From positions 17,398 through 81,397 of the forward strand of contig CAZMXS010000002.1 of NCBI GenBank assembly GCA_964570325.1: a stretch of 64,000 bases of DNA, in the 5' to 3' direction. This DNA comes from an uncultured Verrucomicrobiota bacterium (GTDB lineage Bacteria > Verrucomicrobiota > Kiritimatiellia > CAIQIC01 > CAZMXS01). A program made the translations under genes and the position numbers. Positions 1-12,366 of this stretch are shown here, piece after piece. The notes beneath the pieces are model-generated. The model was not told the DNA's origin. It searched no databases and saw nothing but the letters and a program-made list of their open reading frames with translations. Each line of letters opens with the position of its first letter. Position 1 is the stretch's first letter.

Positions 1-548
1 ATCGGCACCGCGGGCGCCGCCAACCGTTCCCGCATCTGGCGCACCACCCAATCAAAGCGGGCGCCCATGCGGTCCATCTTGTTGATGAAGGCCAGCCGCG
101 GCACATTGTATTTCTGAGCCTGGTGCCAGACGGTCTCGGACTGGGGCTGAACACCGCCCACGCCGCAGAAAATGCCGATCGCGCCGTCGAGCACCCGCAG
201 GGACCGTTCGACTTCAACAGTGAAATCCACGTGCCCCGGCGTGTCGAGAATGTTGATCTGATGGTCGCGCCAGAAACAGGTGGTCGCCGCGCTGGTGATC
301 GTGATGCCGCGTTCCTGCTCCTGCACCATCCAATCCATGGTGGCGGTGCCTTCGTGCACCTCGCCCAGTTTGTAGACGCGGCCGGTGTAAAACAGCATAC
401 GCTCGGTAACCGTGGTCTTGCCGGCGTCAATGTGGGCGATAGTGCCCACATTGCGCAGACGGGCCAGCGTCCGGCGGCGCCCCGGGGCCTCGCGCCCCGC
501 CGCGTCCGTCCCGATCTGGGTTTTACTCTGTTCTGCCACGGTTGCCAT
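1..548 (-). CDS. fusA: elongation factor G, N-terminal part (partial, runs off window edge)
   Basis: Minus-strand translation from ATG at 546-548 gives [18 protein letters not shown]...[25 protein letters not shown]...[22 protein letters not shown], the G1/G3 GTPase motifs typical of EF-G. It directly follows rpsG, the canonical str-operon order. Confidence 0.9.
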   Translation of the reverse strand, partial: MATVAEQSKTQIGTDAAGREAPGRRRTLARLRNVGTIAHIDAGKTTVTERMLFYTGRVYKLGEVHEGTATMDWMVQEQERGITITSAATTCFWRDHQINILDTPGHVDFTVEVERSLRVLDGAIGIFCGVGGVQPQSETVWHQAQKYNVPRLAFINKMDRMGARFDWVVRQMRERLAAPAVP

Positions 549-565
549 GTCCGCTTCCGTCCGCC

Positions 566-1036
566 TCACCACCGATAATGCGCGAACGCCTTGTTCGCCT
601 GCGCCATCTTGTGTGTGTCGTCGCGTTTCTTGATTGCCGAGCCCTGGTTCTTGTGGGCGTCGAGCACTTCCAGCGCCAAGGCCTTGCCCATGGAAACGCC
701 CTTGCGCGCGCCGGAGAAATCAATGATCCAACGCAAGGCCAGACTGACCTGGCGCTCGGGGGCCACCTCGACGGGCACCTGGTAAGTCGCGCCGCCGACC
801 CGACGGGACTTGACTTCCAGACGCGGTTTCACGTTCTCGATGGCGGCATTGAAAATCTCGATCGGGTCGGCGTTGGCCATTTCCTTGATTTGGTCCAGCG
901 CGCCGTAGACGATGCGCTCAGCGACGGACTTCTTGCCGCGCTCCATGATCGTGTTGATCAGGCAAGCCACCAGCGGGCTGCCGTAGCGCATGTCCGTCGT
1001 CACCGGCCGTTTTTCAGCTCTGCGTCTTCTTGCCAT
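566..1036 (-). CDS. rpsG: 30S ribosomal protein S7
   Basis: Internal start [12 protein letters not shown]... within ORF 566..1117; 156 aa; S7-family sequence ([15 protein letters not shown]...[22 protein letters not shown]); sits between rpsL and fusA. Confidence 0.93.
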   Translation of the reverse strand: MARRRRAEKRPVTTDMRYGSPLVACLINTIMERGKKSVAERIVYGALDQIKEMANADPIEIFNAAIENVKPRLEVKSRRVGGATYQVPVEVAPERQVSLALRWIIDFSGARKGVSMGKALALEVLDAHKNQGSAIKKRDDTHKMAQANKAFAHYRW

Positions 1037-1047
1037 GGTCGTCCACC

Positions 1048-1425
1048 TTATTGCTGTTTCGGACGCTTTGCGCCGTATTTCGACCGCTGGCGCCGGCGGC
1101 TCTCTACGCCGAGACAATCCAGCGTGCCACGCACGATGTGGTAACGCACGCCGGGCAGATCTTTCACGCGGCCGCCCCGCACCAGCACCATGCTGTGCTC
1201 TTGGAGATTGTGTCCCTCGCCGGGAATATACGCCGTGACCTCCTCGCCATTGGTCAGACGCACGCGCGCGATTTTGCGCAGCGCGGAGTTGGGTTTCTTC
1301 GGCGTCATCGTCTTGACGATCAAGCAGACGCCGCGCCGCTGAGGACAGGCCTGGAGCGCGGGCGCCTTGTTCTTCGCGCGCAGCGTATCGCGGCCGCCTC
1401 GCACCAACTGATTGATTGTCGGCAT
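1048..1425 (-). CDS. rpsL: 30S ribosomal protein S12
   Basis: [12 protein letters not shown]...[18 protein letters not shown]...[19 protein letters not shown]; 125 aa; the longer track ORF (to 1497) has a non-conserved N-terminal extension. Confidence 0.95.
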   Translation of the reverse strand: MPTINQLVRGGRDTLRAKNKAPALQACPQRRGVCLIVKTMTPKKPNSALRKIARVRLTNGEEVTAYIPGEGHNLQEHSMVLVRGGRVKDLPGVRYHIVRGTLDCLGVESRRRQRSKYGAKRPKQQ

Positions 1426-1498
1426 AAATCTTTCCTTCCCTTCCAAAACAAGCGAGCGCGAAAAAGTATCAGGCCGCGCGACGCTTGACAATAGCAAC

Positions 1499-4400
1499 TT
1501 ATAGTTCCGGCAATTTTTTCTGCTCCGGCAACGTGTCGGGCAACAGTTCCTCCGCCGGGATCTCCTTGGCCAGCGGCACCAGCTTGATATTTCGGTACAT
1601 CCCGAAACCGGTGCCCGCCGGGATCACGTGCCCCATGATCACGTTCTCCTTGAATCCGCGCAAGTAGTCCACGCGGCCCAAGGTCGCGGCATCGGTCAGA
1701 ACCCGCGTGGTGTCCTGGAACGACGCCGCGGAAATGAAACTTTCGGTCTCGAGCGAGGCTTTGGTGATACCCAGCAGCACCGGCGACGCCTCCGCCGGCA
1801 GCTTGCCTTCGGCCGCGGCCCGCTGGTTGACATCCTGGAACAGATGCTTTTCGACCTGCTCGCCCCAGAGAAATTCCGTGCCGCCGGGTTCGGTGATGCG
1901 GACCTTGCGGAGCATCTGGCGCACGATAATCTCGATGTGCTTGTCGTTGATCTCGACGCCCTGCAGCCGGTAGACCTCCTGCACCTCGTTGACCAGGTAC
2001 TCTTGCAATTCCTGCGGACCGCACACCTCCAACACCTCCTGCGGCACCACCGGACCCTCCGTCAACGCCTGCCCCTTCTTGACATGGTCGCCCTGGAAAA
2101 CCACCACATGCTTGCCCATCGGGATCAGGTGCTCTTCCTGGTCGCCGGTCGCCGGATCCTTGACGATCAGCTTGCGCCGACCGCGCACCATCCCGCCGGT
2201 CTCGACTACGCCCTCGATCTTCGCGATCTCGGCTGCGTCCTTCGGTCGGCGCGCCTCGAACAACTCGGCCACCCGGGGCAGACCGCCGGTGATGTCCTTC
2301 GTCCGGATAACCTTGCGCGGCGTCTTGGCCAGCATTGCGCCGGCGCGAACTTCCGCGCCCTTCGCCACCGTTACGTGCGCGCCGGACGGGATCGTGTAAT
2401 AACTGATAATCTCGCGCGTTTTCGGATCCCTGAGCACAATCTGGGGATGCAAGTCCTCCTTGTGCTCCATAACCACCGTGCCTTCGAGCCCGGTGGACTC
2501 GTCCACGTCTTTCTTGACCGTGACCCCCTCGATAAAGTCGTGGAATTCAATAATGCCGGACTGCTCGGAAAGGATCGGCACGTTGTATGGATCCCAGCGG
2601 ACAAAGCTCTGTCCCTTCTCCACCTGGCCGCCATCGGGCACCGAGATCACTGCGCCAATCGGGGTCGTGTAATGCTCCAGTTCACGCCCTTCCTTATCGA
2701 AGACGCCAATCACGCCATTCTTGTTGAGCGCGATGAAGCTGCCCTCCTGGGACTCGACCACGCGCAGATCCTGGTAGCGCACCACGCCATTGTGCTTGGC
2801 AATGAACTGCGGCTGCTTATAGACCGAACTCGCGGTGCCGCCGATGTGGAACGTGCGCATCGTTAATTGGGTGCCCGGCTCGCCAATGGACTGCGCCGCG
2901 ATGATGCCGACGGCCTCGCCCAGCGCGACCGTGCGGCCGTTTGCCAGGTTGCGCCCGTAGCACTTCGCGCAGGCGCCGCGCCGCGATTCGCAGGTCAGCA
3001 CGCTGCGGATGCGCAGGCTCTCGAAATTGCCCTTGATACGTTCCACGGCCTTTTCGTCAATCTCCTGCCCCGCGACGACAATGATCTCGCCGTTGCGCGG
3101 ATCCTTAATGTCGTCCAACGCCGTCCGGCCGAGAATGCGCGCGGCCAGCGGCACCAGTTCGTCATCCCCCTCCTGGATCGGACGAACCTCAATGCCGTTT
3201 AACGTGTTGCAATCCTGTTCAATAATGATCACGTCCTGCGCCACGTCCACCAACTTGCGCGTAAGATAGCCGGAGTCGGCTGTCTTCAGCGCGGTGTCGG
3301 CCAGGCCCTTGCGGGCGCCATGCGTACTGATGAAGTACTCCAGCACGGTCAGGCCCTCGCGGAAATTCGAGATGATCGGGCGCTCGATAATTTCGCCCGA
3401 CGGCTTGGCCATCAGCCCGCGCATACCGCCCAACTGGCGAATCTGCTGGCGGCTGCCACGCGCGCCAGAGTCCACCATCATGAAGACGGGGTTGACATCC
3501 TCGCGGCCCGCATTGAATTCCAGCGCGCGGAACATCGCGCTGGAGATTTCGTCATTCACGTGCGTCCAGATGTCCACAATCTTGTTGTAACGCTCGCCGT
3601 CGGTGATCACGCCCTTGCGGTACTGCAGCTCGACGTCCGCAATCTGCTTGTGGCCCTGCTCGATGATCCGGGATTTCTCGTCGGGAATGATCATGTCGTC
3701 CACGCCAATCGAGATGCCGGCCAGGGTCGCGTATTCGAACCCGAGGGCCTTGAGCCGGTCCAGCACGCGGACGGTCTCATCATGTCCCGCCACTTGGTAA
3801 CAGCGCCAGATCAACTCCTCCAGACGCTTCTTGGTAACCGGAATGTTGACAAAGGGCATGCGCGGCAGGGGTTTTTCGCCGGCCAATTCCAACGCGCGGG
3901 CCGCCGCCCCCTGCGGGGTCTCCAGCGGCGTCAGCGTTCCCGGCCAGATCTCATTGAAAAAGACGCGACCCACGGTCGTCGTGATCACGCGCGGCCGGCC
4001 GGCCACGCGCTCGGGATCCCGCTGCCGCTCATACTCATAGTCGGGATCGCGGAAACGGATTCGGTCATGCACGCGCAGCGCCCCCTCGTCGTAGGCCGTA
4101 TGCACCTCGGCTGCGTCGCGCAGAATAGGCAGATGTTCCAGCGACTTCTCGTCCGCTTTCGACTGCCGCTGGCGAATCCGGTCGCGCTGCGATTCGATCG
4201 TCAGGTAGTAGCAGCCCAGCGCGATGTCCTGCGTCGGAGTCGTAATGGGTTTGCCACTGGACGGCGAGAAGATATTGTTCGGCGCCAGCATCAGCAGGCG
4301 CGATTCGAGCTGGGCCTCGACCGACAGCGGCACATGCACAGCCATCTGGTCGCCGTCGAAGTCCGCGTTATAGGCGGTGCAGACCAGCGGGTGGATCCGG

Positions 4401-5743
4401 ATGGCCTCGCCCTCGATCAACACCGGTTCAAACGACTGGATGCTCAAACGGTGCAGCGTCGGCGCGCGGTTTAGCATGACCGTATGACCCTTGGTCACTT
4501 CTTCGAGAATGTCCCACACCTCATCGGCCTCGCGCTCAATCAGCTTTTTCGCGCTACGCACGGTGTGCACCATCCCCTGCTCCTTGAGGCGGCGGATGAT
4601 GAAGGGTTCAAAGAGCACCAACGCCATCTTCTTCGGCAGACCGCACTGGCGCAATGTCAATTCCGGACCGATGACAATAACCGAGCGGCCGGAATAGTCC
4701 ACGCGCTTACCCAACAGGTTCTGGCGGAAGCGCCCCTGCTTGCCGCGCAGCATGTCGCTGAGCGACTTCAGCGGACGGTTGCCCGCGCCGGTCACGGCGC
4801 GCCCGTGGCGGCCGTTGTCAAAAAGCGCGTCCACCGCCTCTTGCAGCATGCGCTTCTCGTTGCGAATAATAACGTCTGGCGTCTTCAACTGCAGCAGGTT
4901 CTTCAGGCGGTTGTTGCGGTTGATCACGCGACGGTAGAGATCGTTCAGGTCCGACGTGGCGAAACGCCCACCCTCCAACGGCACCAGCGGCCGCAGGTCA
5001 GGCGGAATAACCGGCAGCACCTCCAGAATCATCCACTCCGGCCGGGTCCGCGTCCGCCGGAACGCATCCAGCACCTTCATCCGCTTGGTGAGCTTCTTGC
5101 GGGTCTGCTTGCTCCGCGTGTCCTCCATCTGCTTTTCCAGTTCCTGGAGTGTCGTATCAATATCCATGCGCGCCATCAGGTCGCGAATACCCTCGGCGCC
5201 CATCTTGGCGGAGAACTTGTCGCCATACTTGTCCTGCGCCTCCCGGTATTCCATCTCATTCAGGAGTTGTTTCTCCTGGAACGGGCTCTCGCCGGGATCG
5301 GTGACGATGTAATCCTCATAATACAGCACGCGTTCCAACTCGCGCGAGGTGATGTCCAGGACCAACCCCATGCGGCTCGGCGTGCATTTGAAGAACCAGA
5401 TGTGCGAGACCGGCACGGCCAGCTCGATGTGCCCCATGCGCTCGCGGCGCACGCGGGCCAGCGTGACCTCGACGCCGCAGCGGTCGCAGATGACGCCCTT
5501 GTGCTTGATGCGCTTGTACTTGCCGCAACTGCATTCCCAATCCTTTGTCGGCCCGAAAATGCGCTCGCAGAACAAGCCGCCCTTCTCCGGCTTGAACGTC
5601 CGGTAGTTGATTGTCTCGGGGTTCTTGACCTCTCCCTTGCTCCATTTCCGGATTTCGTCCGGCGAAGCCAGGGTAATCGTTGCCCGATCAAACCCCTCCG
5701 CGGCATCCGCCCCCAAAATCTGTGTGGCGCTGGTATTCTGCAC
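1499..5743 (-). CDS. rpoC: DNA-directed RNA polymerase subunit beta-prime
   Basis: 1414-aa ORF; Zn-finger [23 protein letters not shown]; [14 protein letters not shown] catalytic motif; immediately downstream of rpoB. Confidence 0.97.
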   Translation of the reverse strand: MQNTSATQILGADAAEGFDRATITLASPDEIRKWSKGEVKNPETINYRTFKPEKGGLFCERIFGPTKDWECSCGKYKRIKHKGVICDRCGVEVTLARVRRERMGHIELAVPVSHIWFFKCTPSRMGLVLDITSRELERVLYYEDYIVTDPGESPFQEKQLLNEMEYREAQDKYGDKFSAKMGAEGIRDLMARMDIDTTLQELEKQMEDTRSKQTRKKLTKRMKVLDAFRRTRTRPEWMILEVLPVIPPDLRPLVPLEGGRFATSDLNDLYRRVINRNNRLKNLLQLKTPDVIIRNEKRMLQEAVDALFDNGRHGRAVTGAGNRPLKSLSDMLRGKQGRFRQNLLGKRVDYSGRSVIVIGPELTLRQCGLPKKMALVLFEPFIIRRLKEQGMVHTVRSAKKLIEREADEVWDILEEVTKGHTVMLNRAPTLHRLSIQSFEPVLIEGEAIRIHPLVCTAYNADFDGDQMAVHVPLSVEAQLESRLLMLAPNNIFSPSSGKPITTPTQDIALGCYYLTIESQRDRIRQRQSKADEKSLEHLPILRDAAEVHTAYDEGALRVHDRIRFRDPDYEYERQRDPERVAGRPRVITTTVGRVFFNEIWPGTLTPLETPQGAAARALELAGEKPLPRMPFVNIPVTKKRLEELIWRCYQVAGHDETVRVLDRLKALGFEYATLAGISIGVDDMIIPDEKSRIIEQGHKQIADVELQYRKGVITDGERYNKIVDIWTHVNDEISSAMFRALEFNAGREDVNPVFMMVDSGARGSRQQIRQLGGMRGLMAKPSGEIIERPIISNFREGLTVLEYFISTHGARKGLADTALKTADSGYLTRKLVDVAQDVIIIEQDCNTLNGIEVRPIQEGDDELVPLAARILGRTALDDIKDPRNGEIIVVAGQEIDEKAVERIKGNFESLRIRSVLTCESRRGACAKCYGRNLANGRTVALGEAVGIIAAQSIGEPGTQLTMRTFHIGGTASSVYKQPQFIAKHNGVVRYQDLRVVESQEGSFIALNKNGVIGVFDKEGRELEHYTTPIGAVISVPDGGQVEKGQSFVRWDPYNVPILSEQSGIIEFHDFIEGVTVKKDVDESTGLEGTVVMEHKEDLHPQIVLRDPKTREIISYYTIPSGAHVTVAKGAEVRAGAMLAKTPRKVIRTKDITGGLPRVAELFEARRPKDAAEIAKIEGVVETGGMVRGRRKLIVKDPATGDQEEHLIPMGKHVVVFQGDHVKKGQALTEGPVVPQEVLEVCGPQELQEYLVNEVQEVYRLQGVEINDKHIEIIVRQMLRKVRITEPGGTEFLWGEQVEKHLFQDVNQRAAAEGKLPAEASPVLLGITKASLETESFISAASFQDTTRVLTDAATLGRVDYLRGFKENVIMGHVIPAGTGFGMYRNIKLVPLAKEIPAEELLPDTLPEQKKLPEL

Positions 5744-5758
5744 CTTTCGCCTCCGTGG

Positions 5759-8700
5759 TTACCGGCTCTCCGGCCCGGCCATTGAACTGTCGCTCCGCCC
5801 ACTCTCCGGCTTCACGCGGATGTCGAGGGCCAGACTCTGCATCTCCTTCATCAACACGTTGAACGACTCGGGCGTGCCGGCCTCGAGCACGTTCTCCCCC
5901 TTAACGATGGCTTCGTATATCCGAGTCCGGCCGGCCACATCGTCGCTCTTGACCGTCAGCAGCTCCTGCAGGGCGTAGGCGGCGCCATAGGCCTCCATCG
6001 CCCACACCTCCATTTCACCGAAGCGCTGGCCGCCATACTGGGCCTTGCCCCCCAGCGGTTGCTGCGTTACCAGCGAATACGGCCCGACGGCGCGGGCATG
6101 GATCTTGTCACTGACCAAATGGTGCAGCTTCATCATATAGATCGCGCCAACCACCACGCGCTGGTCGAACGGCTCGCCGGTGCGGCCGTCATACAACAAA
6201 GTCTTGCCGTCCGAATCGCGACCCGCCTTCTTGAGCATTTCGCGCACCTGCGCCTCCGGAATGCCATCGAAGACCGGCGTCGCCGCGTAGATGCCGAGCA
6301 TCCGGCAGGCAACGCCCAGATGCGTCTCAAGCACCTGGCCGACATTCATGCGTGAGGGCACACCCAACGGATTAAGGACAATCTCGACCGGCGTCCCGTC
6401 GGGCATGAAGGGCATGTCCTCCTCCGGCACGATTTTGGCAATGACGCCCTTGTTGCCGTGCCGGCCGGCCATCTTGTCGCCAACGGACAGTTTCTTCTTG
6501 CTGGCAACATAGACCTTGACCTGCTTGATAATGCCCGGATCCACGTCGTCGCCACTCTCCAAGCGGTCCAAGGCGCGTTCCTGCTCGAGCTCCAGCTCGG
6601 AGAACTTGTGACTGAACTCGCTGATAATGCCTTGAATCTTGATTTGGATCGGGCTCGGGTCAATTTCGATATGCTCGCTGGCCGCCGCCAGTTTCCGCAG
6701 CAATGTCTTCGTGATCTTGCGGTTGGCCGGGATAATGATTTCGCCGGTCTCCACGTTGACCACATCCAGCGGAATCTTCTCGCCCAGCAGGATATTGCTG
6801 AGGGCCTCCGTCAAATCCTCGGTCAACTGCTGGCGCTTGTTCTTGTATTCTTCCTGGACCGACTTGCTCTGCTTGCGCCGCTCGGACGGCGTCAGTTTTG
6901 TGCGGCTGATCTCCTTGCGCGCCGACACCTTGACATCCATGACGATGCCATACGTGCCGGACGGCACAGTGAGCGAGGTATCGCGCACATCGGCCGCCTT
7001 CTCGCCAAAGATCGCACGCAGCAGGCGCTCCTCGGGGGCCAATTCCGTCTCGCTCTTCGGCGTAATCTTGCCAACCAGGATGTCGCCCGGCTTGACCTCG
7101 GCGCCGACGCGGACCACGCCGTCATGGCCCAGGTTCTTCAGCGCTTCCTCGCCAACATTCGGGATGTCGCGCGTGATCTCTTCCGGACCGAGTTTGGTGT
7201 CGCGCGCGCCGCACTCGAACTCCTCGATATGAATCGAGGTAAACACGTCCTCGCGCACCAGTTTTTCGCTGATCAGGATGGCATCCTCAAAATTGTAGCC
7301 GCACCACGGCATGAATGCGCAAAGCACATTGCGGCCGAGCGCCAGTTCGCCCTGGCTGGTGGCCGGCCCATCGGCCAGCACGTCGCCCTTCTTAATCCGC
7401 TGGCCAAAACGAACGATCGGCTTCTGGTTGATGCAGGTGCCGGCGTTCGAGCGCATAAACTTGCGCAACTCGTACTCCTGGTAATCCTCGGCGGGCGTCT
7501 TCTTGGTCGGCATCTCGCCATCCTTGGAAACCACGATGCGATCGGCCGCGACGTAGGCGACTTTGCCCGATTCCTCGGCCACCACCATCACGCGCGAGTC
7601 GCGCGCGACCCGCTCCTCGATGCCCGTGGCCACATATGGCCGCTCGGTAACCAGCAGCGGCACCGCCTGGCGTTGCATGTTGGAGCCCATCAGCGCCCGG
7701 TTGGCGTCGTCATGCTCCAAGAACGGGATCAGGCCGGCCGCCACGCTGACCAGTTGCTTGGGCGAGACATCCATATAGTGAACCAGCTTGGGGTCCACCT
7801 CTTTGAAATCGCCGCGCGAACGAACCGACACCTTGTCGGTCTTGAACCGCCCCTTCTCATCAATCGGCACATTGGCCTGCGCGATGATGTATTGCTCTTC
7901 CTCATCCGCAGTCAGATAGTCCACGCGCTCGGTCACGCGGCCATCCTCGACCTTGCGGTAGGGGCTTTCGATGAAGCCAAACTCGTTGACCCGCGCATAC
8001 ATGCTGAGCGAGGAAATCAGGCCGATGTTCGGACCTTCCGGGGTCTCGATCGGGCAGATGCGGCCATAGTGGCTGCTATGCACGTCGCGCACCTCGAAAC
8101 CGGCGCGCTCGCGGCTCAATCCGCCCGGACCCAGCGCGCTCAAGCGGCGCTTGTGCGTCAATTCCGCGAGCGGGTTGGTCTGGTCCATGAACTGGCTGAG
8201 CTGGCTGCGGCCGAAAAAGTCGCGGATCACGGCCGACAGCGCCTTGGGGTTCACCAGCTTCTGCGGCGTCAACTTTTCCTTGTCATCCACCATCGTCATG
8301 CGTTCGCGAACCAACCGCTCGGTACGGGACAGGCCGACGCGACACTGGTTCTCCACCAGTTCGCCGACCGTCCGTACCCGGCGGCTGCCGAGATGGTCAA
8401 TATCATCCACCGTGCCCTCGCCCCGCTTGAGATTGACGAGGTACTTGATGGCCGCCAAGATGTCCTCCTTCTCGAGGACGCGGGATTCGGCGTTCGCCTG
8501 CAGATTCAATTTCTGCTGGATCTTGTAGCGGCCCACGCGGCCCAGATCATAGCGCCGCGGGTCGAAAAAGATCCGCTTCAACAACTGGCGGGCATTCGAG
8601 ATCGTCGGCGGGTCGCCGGGACGCAACTTGTGATAGATATCCTTCAAGGCGTCGTCCGCGCTCTTGGTGTCGTCCTTCTGGACACTCTTGAGCATGACCC

Positions 8701-9541
8701 CCTCATCCCACGAGACGTTTACCACCTCGACGGTCGTCAGCCCCGCAGCCTTCATCTGCTTGATGAGGTCCTTCGTCAGCGGCGTGTAGCGCTTGGCCAG
8801 CACGCTCTGCGAATCCACGTCCACGATATCGTCCTTCACCACCCGCCACGCGAGTTGCTCCTCGTCCAGCGCGTCCTTCAACGCCAGTTTTTCAAAGGTG
8901 TAGAAGAGACCCAGCAATTCCTCGTCCGTACCGTAACCCAGCGCACGCAGGAAGGTCGTCGCCAGAAACTTGCGGCGGCGTTTCTTACGATCCAGGTAGA
9001 TGTGCAGGAGGTCGGAGGTGTCGAACTGGACCTCGATCCAAGAGCCCCGATCAGGGATAATCCGGAACGAGTAGAGCACTGAACCGTTGGCATGAATGGA
9101 CTGCTCGAAGCAGATGCCCGGGGAACGGTGCAACTGGCTGACAACGACCCGCTCGGCGCCGTTGACAATGAAGGTGCCCGGCGCGGTGATTAGGGGGATT
9201 TCCCCCATGTAAATGTTCTCCTCCGTGACCTGCTGTTTGCTGTCCTTGAGGCGGAACTTCACATAGAGCGGGGCGGAATACGAGGCCCCCTCTTTGATGC
9301 ACTCGATCGGCGACATCTTGGGCTCGGAGATTTCGTACTGGACGAAATCCAGCGAGCACTGCCCGTCGTAGCTGTCAATCGGAAAAACCTCCTTGAAGAC
9401 CGCCTGCAAACCGATCAGCTTACGCTTGTTCGGCGGCACATCCATCTGGAGAAAATCCCGATAGGACGTCGTCTGGATCTCAATGAGATCCGGCAGTTCG
9501 ATGACATCAGCCAGCTTGCCGAACTGTTGTCTTTCGACCAT
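5759..9541 (-). CDS. rpoB: DNA-directed RNA polymerase subunit beta
   Basis: 1260-aa ORF; conserved beta-subunit blocks (rif-cluster region ...[17 protein letters not shown]..., C-terminal ...[32 protein letters not shown]...). Confidence 0.97.
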   Translation of the reverse strand: MVERQQFGKLADVIELPDLIEIQTTSYRDFLQMDVPPNKRKLIGLQAVFKEVFPIDSYDGQCSLDFVQYEISEPKMSPIECIKEGASYSAPLYVKFRLKDSKQQVTEENIYMGEIPLITAPGTFIVNGAERVVVSQLHRSPGICFEQSIHANGSVLYSFRIIPDRGSWIEVQFDTSDLLHIYLDRKKRRRKFLATTFLRALGYGTDEELLGLFYTFEKLALKDALDEEQLAWRVVKDDIVDVDSQSVLAKRYTPLTKDLIKQMKAAGLTTVEVVNVSWDEGVMLKSVQKDDTKSADDALKDIYHKLRPGDPPTISNARQLLKRIFFDPRRYDLGRVGRYKIQQKLNLQANAESRVLEKEDILAAIKYLVNLKRGEGTVDDIDHLGSRRVRTVGELVENQCRVGLSRTERLVRERMTMVDDKEKLTPQKLVNPKALSAVIRDFFGRSQLSQFMDQTNPLAELTHKRRLSALGPGGLSRERAGFEVRDVHSSHYGRICPIETPEGPNIGLISSLSMYARVNEFGFIESPYRKVEDGRVTERVDYLTADEEEQYIIAQANVPIDEKGRFKTDKVSVRSRGDFKEVDPKLVHYMDVSPKQLVSVAAGLIPFLEHDDANRALMGSNMQRQAVPLLVTERPYVATGIEERVARDSRVMVVAEESGKVAYVAADRIVVSKDGEMPTKKTPAEDYQEYELRKFMRSNAGTCINQKPIVRFGQRIKKGDVLADGPATSQGELALGRNVLCAFMPWCGYNFEDAILISEKLVREDVFTSIHIEEFECGARDTKLGPEEITRDIPNVGEEALKNLGHDGVVRVGAEVKPGDILVGKITPKSETELAPEERLLRAIFGEKAADVRDTSLTVPSGTYGIVMDVKVSARKEISRTKLTPSERRKQSKSVQEEYKNKRQQLTEDLTEALSNILLGEKIPLDVVNVETGEIIIPANRKITKTLLRKLAAASEHIEIDPSPIQIKIQGIISEFSHKFSELELEQERALDRLESGDDVDPGIIKQVKVYVASKKKLSVGDKMAGRHGNKGVIAKIVPEEDMPFMPDGTPVEIVLNPLGVPSRMNVGQVLETHLGVACRMLGIYAATPVFDGIPEAQVREMLKKAGRDSDGKTLLYDGRTGEPFDQRVVVGAIYMMKLHHLVSDKIHARAVGPYSLVTQQPLGGKAQYGGQRFGEMEVWAMEAYGAAYALQELLTVKSDDVAGRTRIYEAIVKGENVLEAGTPESFNVLMKEMQSLALDIRVKPESGRSDSSMAGPESR

Positions 9542-9596
9542 TCAACACCTACAGTCTGCGGGTTAAAGAAAGCACGCCAACGGATTCAGCCACGCC

Positions 9597-9616
9597 GCCG
9601 GGGGACGCGCCCCCGG
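9597..9616 (-). promoter_or_regulatory. GC-rich stem-loop in the rplL-rpoB intergenic region (candidate attenuator)
   Basis: Perfect inverted repeat CCGGGGG-acgcg-CCCCCGG in the 89-nt gap between the rplL stop and rpoB start, the classic position of the rplL-rpoB attenuator. No U-tract follows it. Confidence 0.3.
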
Positions 9617-9630
9617 CGATGAAGACATCC

Positions 9631-10053
9631 CTACTTCAGCTCGACCTTGGCGCCAGCCGCCTCGAGCTGCTTCTTCATCTTCTCGGCCTCTTCCTTCGTG
9701 GCGCCTTCCTTCACCGGCTTGGGCGCGGACTCGACCAGATCCTTGGCCTCCTTCAGACCCAGGTTGACCAGCGCGCGGACTTCCTTGATGACCTGGATCT
9801 TGTTGGCGCCAGCGCTCGCCAGGACCACCGTGAACTCGGTCTTCTCCGCCGCCGGGGCCGCCGCCGCGCCGCCCGCCGCGCCACCCGCCGCCGCCACCGC
9901 CACCGGCGCCGCCGCGGAAACGCCCAGCTTCTGCTCCAGCGCCTTGACGAGATTCGACAACTCGAGCACGGTGATCCCCTGGATCCACTCCACGAACTCG
10001 GCCGCCTTACCTTCGAGCTTTACCTGTTCCTTGACTTCCGTATTCTCCGCCAT
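9631..10053 (-). CDS. rplL: 50S ribosomal protein L7/L12
   Basis: 140 aa; Ala/Gly-rich flexible hinge; C-terminal domain [33 protein letters not shown]... Confidence 0.95.
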   Translation of the reverse strand: MAENTEVKEQVKLEGKAAEFVEWIQGITVLELSNLVKALEQKLGVSAAAPVAVAAAGGAAGGAAAAPAAEKTEFTVVLASAGANKIQVIKEVRALVNLGLKEAKDLVESAPKPVKEGATKEEAEKMKKQLEAAGAKVELK

Positions 10054-10079
10054 GTTCGTTCTCCTCTCTTAAATCGCCC

Positions 10080-10601
10080 CTACGAGGCTTTTTCCTTCTT
10101 TTCCTGCACCGCCTTCAGCGCATACACAATGCTCGCCACCTTCTGGTTGAGCACACCGGCCAACCGGGTCATCGGCGCCGCGATCGTGCCAAGCATCTGA
10201 GCCAGCAACACCTCGCGCGCCGGCAGACCGGCCAATTGCTCAACGTCCTGGGCTGTAATCAAGGCGCCCGCCAAGGCGCCCGCCTTGATCTTCGGACGCT
10301 CGTTCTCCCGGACAAAATCCTTCAACACCTTCGCGGCCTGAACCACATCGCCCGGCCCATACACCAGCGCCGACGGCCCCTTCAGGGCCGGCTCGAGTCC
10401 CGGCAGTGACGCTTCCTTGGCCACGGCCCGGAACACGCGGTTCTGGATTACCTGCATCCGCGCGTTAACGCCGCGCAGCCGCCGGCGCAACTCATCGGTC
10501 TTGGACACGCTCAGCCCGCGGTAATCCGCCAGGATCATGAAGGCGGCATCCTTCACGCGGGACCGGAACTCGTCCGCCATTGCTTGTTTTTCTGGTCTCA
10601 T
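10080..10601 (-). CDS. rplJ: 50S ribosomal protein L10
   Basis: Internal start MRPEKQAMADEFRSRVKDAAFMILADYRGLSVSKTDELRRRL matches the L10 N-terminus; the upstream extension in the track ORF overlaps rplA. Confidence 0.9.
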   Translation of the reverse strand: MRPEKQAMADEFRSRVKDAAFMILADYRGLSVSKTDELRRRLRGVNARMQVIQNRVFRAVAKEASLPGLEPALKGPSALVYGPGDVVQAAKVLKDFVRENERPKIKAGALAGALITAQDVEQLAGLPAREVLLAQMLGTIAAPMTRLAGVLNQKVASIVYALKAVQEKKEKAS

Positions 10602-10618
10602 GGTTGAAACGCTCCGTA

Positions 10619-11326
10619 TCAGGCGGCGGTCGCGGCCGCCGTTTCCTTCGGGTCCAAATGCAGCCCGACACCCATCGTCGAACTGACCGTACACCGCTTG
10701 ATGTAGACGCCCTTGGCCGAAGCCGGCCGCGCGGCATTGACCGCGGCGATCACCGCGCGACAGTTTTCAATCAACGCCTCCGGCGCAAACGAGAGCTTGC
10801 CGAACGGCACCATCACGTTGCCATTACGGTCCATGCGAAATTCCACCCGGCCGGCCTTGCACTGCTTGACCGCCGTGGCCGTGTCGTCCGTGACCGTGCC
10901 GGTCTTAGGATTCGGCATCAGGCCCCGCGGCCCGAGCGCTTTGCCGAGTTTGCGGACTTCCTTCATCGCCTCGGGAGTGGCAACCGCAACATCAAAGTCC
11001 AGCCACCCCTCATTGATCTTGGCAATTAAATCTTCAAAGCCGATGAAATCGGCGCCCGCCTCCTTCGCCGCGTCCGCCGCCGGGCCCTTCGCGAACACCA
11101 GCACGCGAACCTTCTTGCCGGTGCCATGCGGCAAGACCACCGTGCCGCGGATCGCCTGATCCGATTTGGTCGGATCCACGCCCAGGCGGAACGCCACCTC
11201 GGCGGTTTCGTCGAATTTCGCGAGCTTGTGCTCCTTGAGGAACGCAATCGCCTTGGCCAGATCAAAGTAGTCCTCGGGCTTGACCTGCTGCTTGACCTGA
11301 CGATATTTCTTGCCGTGCTTGGCCAT
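10619..11326 (-). CDS. rplA: 50S ribosomal protein L1
   Basis: Internal start MAKHGKKYRQVKQQV...; L1 family (GTVVLPHGTGKKVRVLVFAKG...). The upstream 158-aa extension in the track ORF overlaps rplK in another frame. Confidence 0.9.
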   Translation of the reverse strand: MAKHGKKYRQVKQQVKPEDYFDLAKAIAFLKEHKLAKFDETAEVAFRLGVDPTKSDQAIRGTVVLPHGTGKKVRVLVFAKGPAADAAKEAGADFIGFEDLIAKINEGWLDFDVAVATPEAMKEVRKLGKALGPRGLMPNPKTGTVTDDTATAVKQCKAGRVEFRMDRNGNVMVPFGKLSFAPEALIENCRAVIAAVNAARPASAKGVYIKRCTVSSTMGVGLHLDPKETAAATAA

Positions 11327-11328
11327 GG

Positions 11329-11751
11329 TTATTCCACCTCGATTCCCATGCTGCGCGCCGTGCCCATAATCATGCGCGCGGCGTGCTCGGGATCCTTCGC
11401 GTTCAAATCCTTTTCCTTCAGCTTGGCAATCTCCGCCACCTGCTGCCGGGTGACCTTGCCCACCTTCTCGCGGTTCGGCGTACCCGACCCCTTCGCGATG
11501 TTCGCCGCCTTTTTCAACAGCGTCGCCGCCGGCGGACTCTTCGTCACAAACGTGAAGGACTTGTCCTGGTACACCGTGATGATCACCGGTATAACCAAAC
11601 CCGCGTCTTTCTGCGTCGCGGCGTTGAACTCCTTGCAGAACGCCATGATGTTGACGCCCTGCTGGCCGAGCGCCGGCCCCACCGGAGGCGCCGGGTTGGC
11701 CTGCCCCGCCGGAATCTGCAGCTTGATAATGCCTGTTACTTTTTTTGCCAT
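11329..11751 (-). CDS. rplK: 50S ribosomal protein L11
   Basis: [44 protein letters not shown]...; 140 aa. Confidence 0.95.
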   Translation of the reverse strand: MAKKVTGIIKLQIPAGQANPAPPVGPALGQQGVNIMAFCKEFNAATQKDAGLVIPVIITVYQDKSFTFVTKSPPAATLLKKAANIAKGSGTPNREKVGKVTRQQVAEIAKLKEKDLNAKDPEHAARMIMGTARSMGIEVE

Positions 11752-11775
11752 GGAAACACCGCCTGCTGATTGGAA

Positions 11776-12339
11776 TTACGTGGCCCGTTCCACTTGCCAA
11801 TATTCAAGCTCCACCGGCGCCGACCGGCCAAAGATCGAAACCGATACCTTCAGCTTGCCGCGCTCCGGGTCAATCTCCTCGATCACGCCGCTGAAATTCA
11901 GGAAGGGACCATCGTTGATCTTGACCGTCTCGCCGGGCTCGAACTCCACCTTGGGCTTGATCCGATCCTTCTTCTCTTCAATCTGCCGCATAATCGTCTC
12001 GACCTCGGCCGGCCGCAACGGCACCGGCCGGTCCCCCCCCACGAACCCGATGATGCCCGGCGTCTGCTGAGTGAAATACCAAGTTTTATCCACCAGTTGC
12101 CGCTGGTCGTCATAGAGCGTCATGTGCACCAGCACATAGCCCGGGTAGAACTTCCGGGTCGTCGTCGCCCGCCGACCGCCCTTTGTCGGCTTCGCGTTGT
12201 CGTAAATCTTTTCTGTCGGGACCAGCACCTCGTCAATGTAGTCCCCCATCTCCTCCGTTTTGATCCGGCGCTCGATGCTTTCCTTGACCTTCATCTCCTG
12301 GCCGGAAAGCGTATGCAAAACAAACCACTGCTTTTCCAT
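11776..12339 (-). CDS. nusG: transcription termination/antitermination factor NusG
   Basis: MEKQWFVLHTLSGQEMKVKESIE... NGN domain plus C-terminal KOW domain (GETVKINDGPFLNFSGVIEEIDPERGKLKVSVSIFGR); canonical secE-nusG-rplK order. Confidence 0.93.
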   Translation of the reverse strand: MEKQWFVLHTLSGQEMKVKESIERRIKTEEMGDYIDEVLVPTEKIYDNAKPTKGGRRATTTRKFYPGYVLVHMTLYDDQRQLVDKTWYFTQQTPGIIGFVGGDRPVPLRPAEVETIMRQIEEKKDRIKPKVEFEPGETVKINDGPFLNFSGVIEEIDPERGKLKVSVSIFGRSAPVELEYWQVERAT

Positions 12340-12366
12340 GAAACACCGGTTTCTGAAAATATCGCG

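Noticed and set aside
123-578. 151-aa plus-strand ORF at the window start
   Set aside because: Antisense to the fusA N-terminus (EF-G GTPase motifs read clearly on the minus strand).
6458-9082. 874-aa plus-strand ORF (and others: 1628..2866, 3320..4474, 4484..5785, 9619..10200) overlapping rpoB/rpoC/rplL on the opposite strand
   Set aside because: They are fully antisense to highly conserved genes. The translations are Arg/Ala/Gly/Leu-rich low-complexity sequence with no domain signatures. Stop-codon depletion on the antisense strand of GC-rich, codon-biased genes explains them.
10080-11800. N-terminal extensions implied by the ORF track for rplJ (to 10694), rplA (to 11800), rpsG (to 1117), rpsL (to 1497), secE (to 12603), GH43 (from 18026), cinA (to 53289), BFN (to 54762), TSP3 protein (to 59128), MsmX-like (from 60189)
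   Set aside because: Internal start codons reproduce the conserved N-termini of these families, and the extensions overlap upstream genes or lack conservation. The shorter models were adopted.
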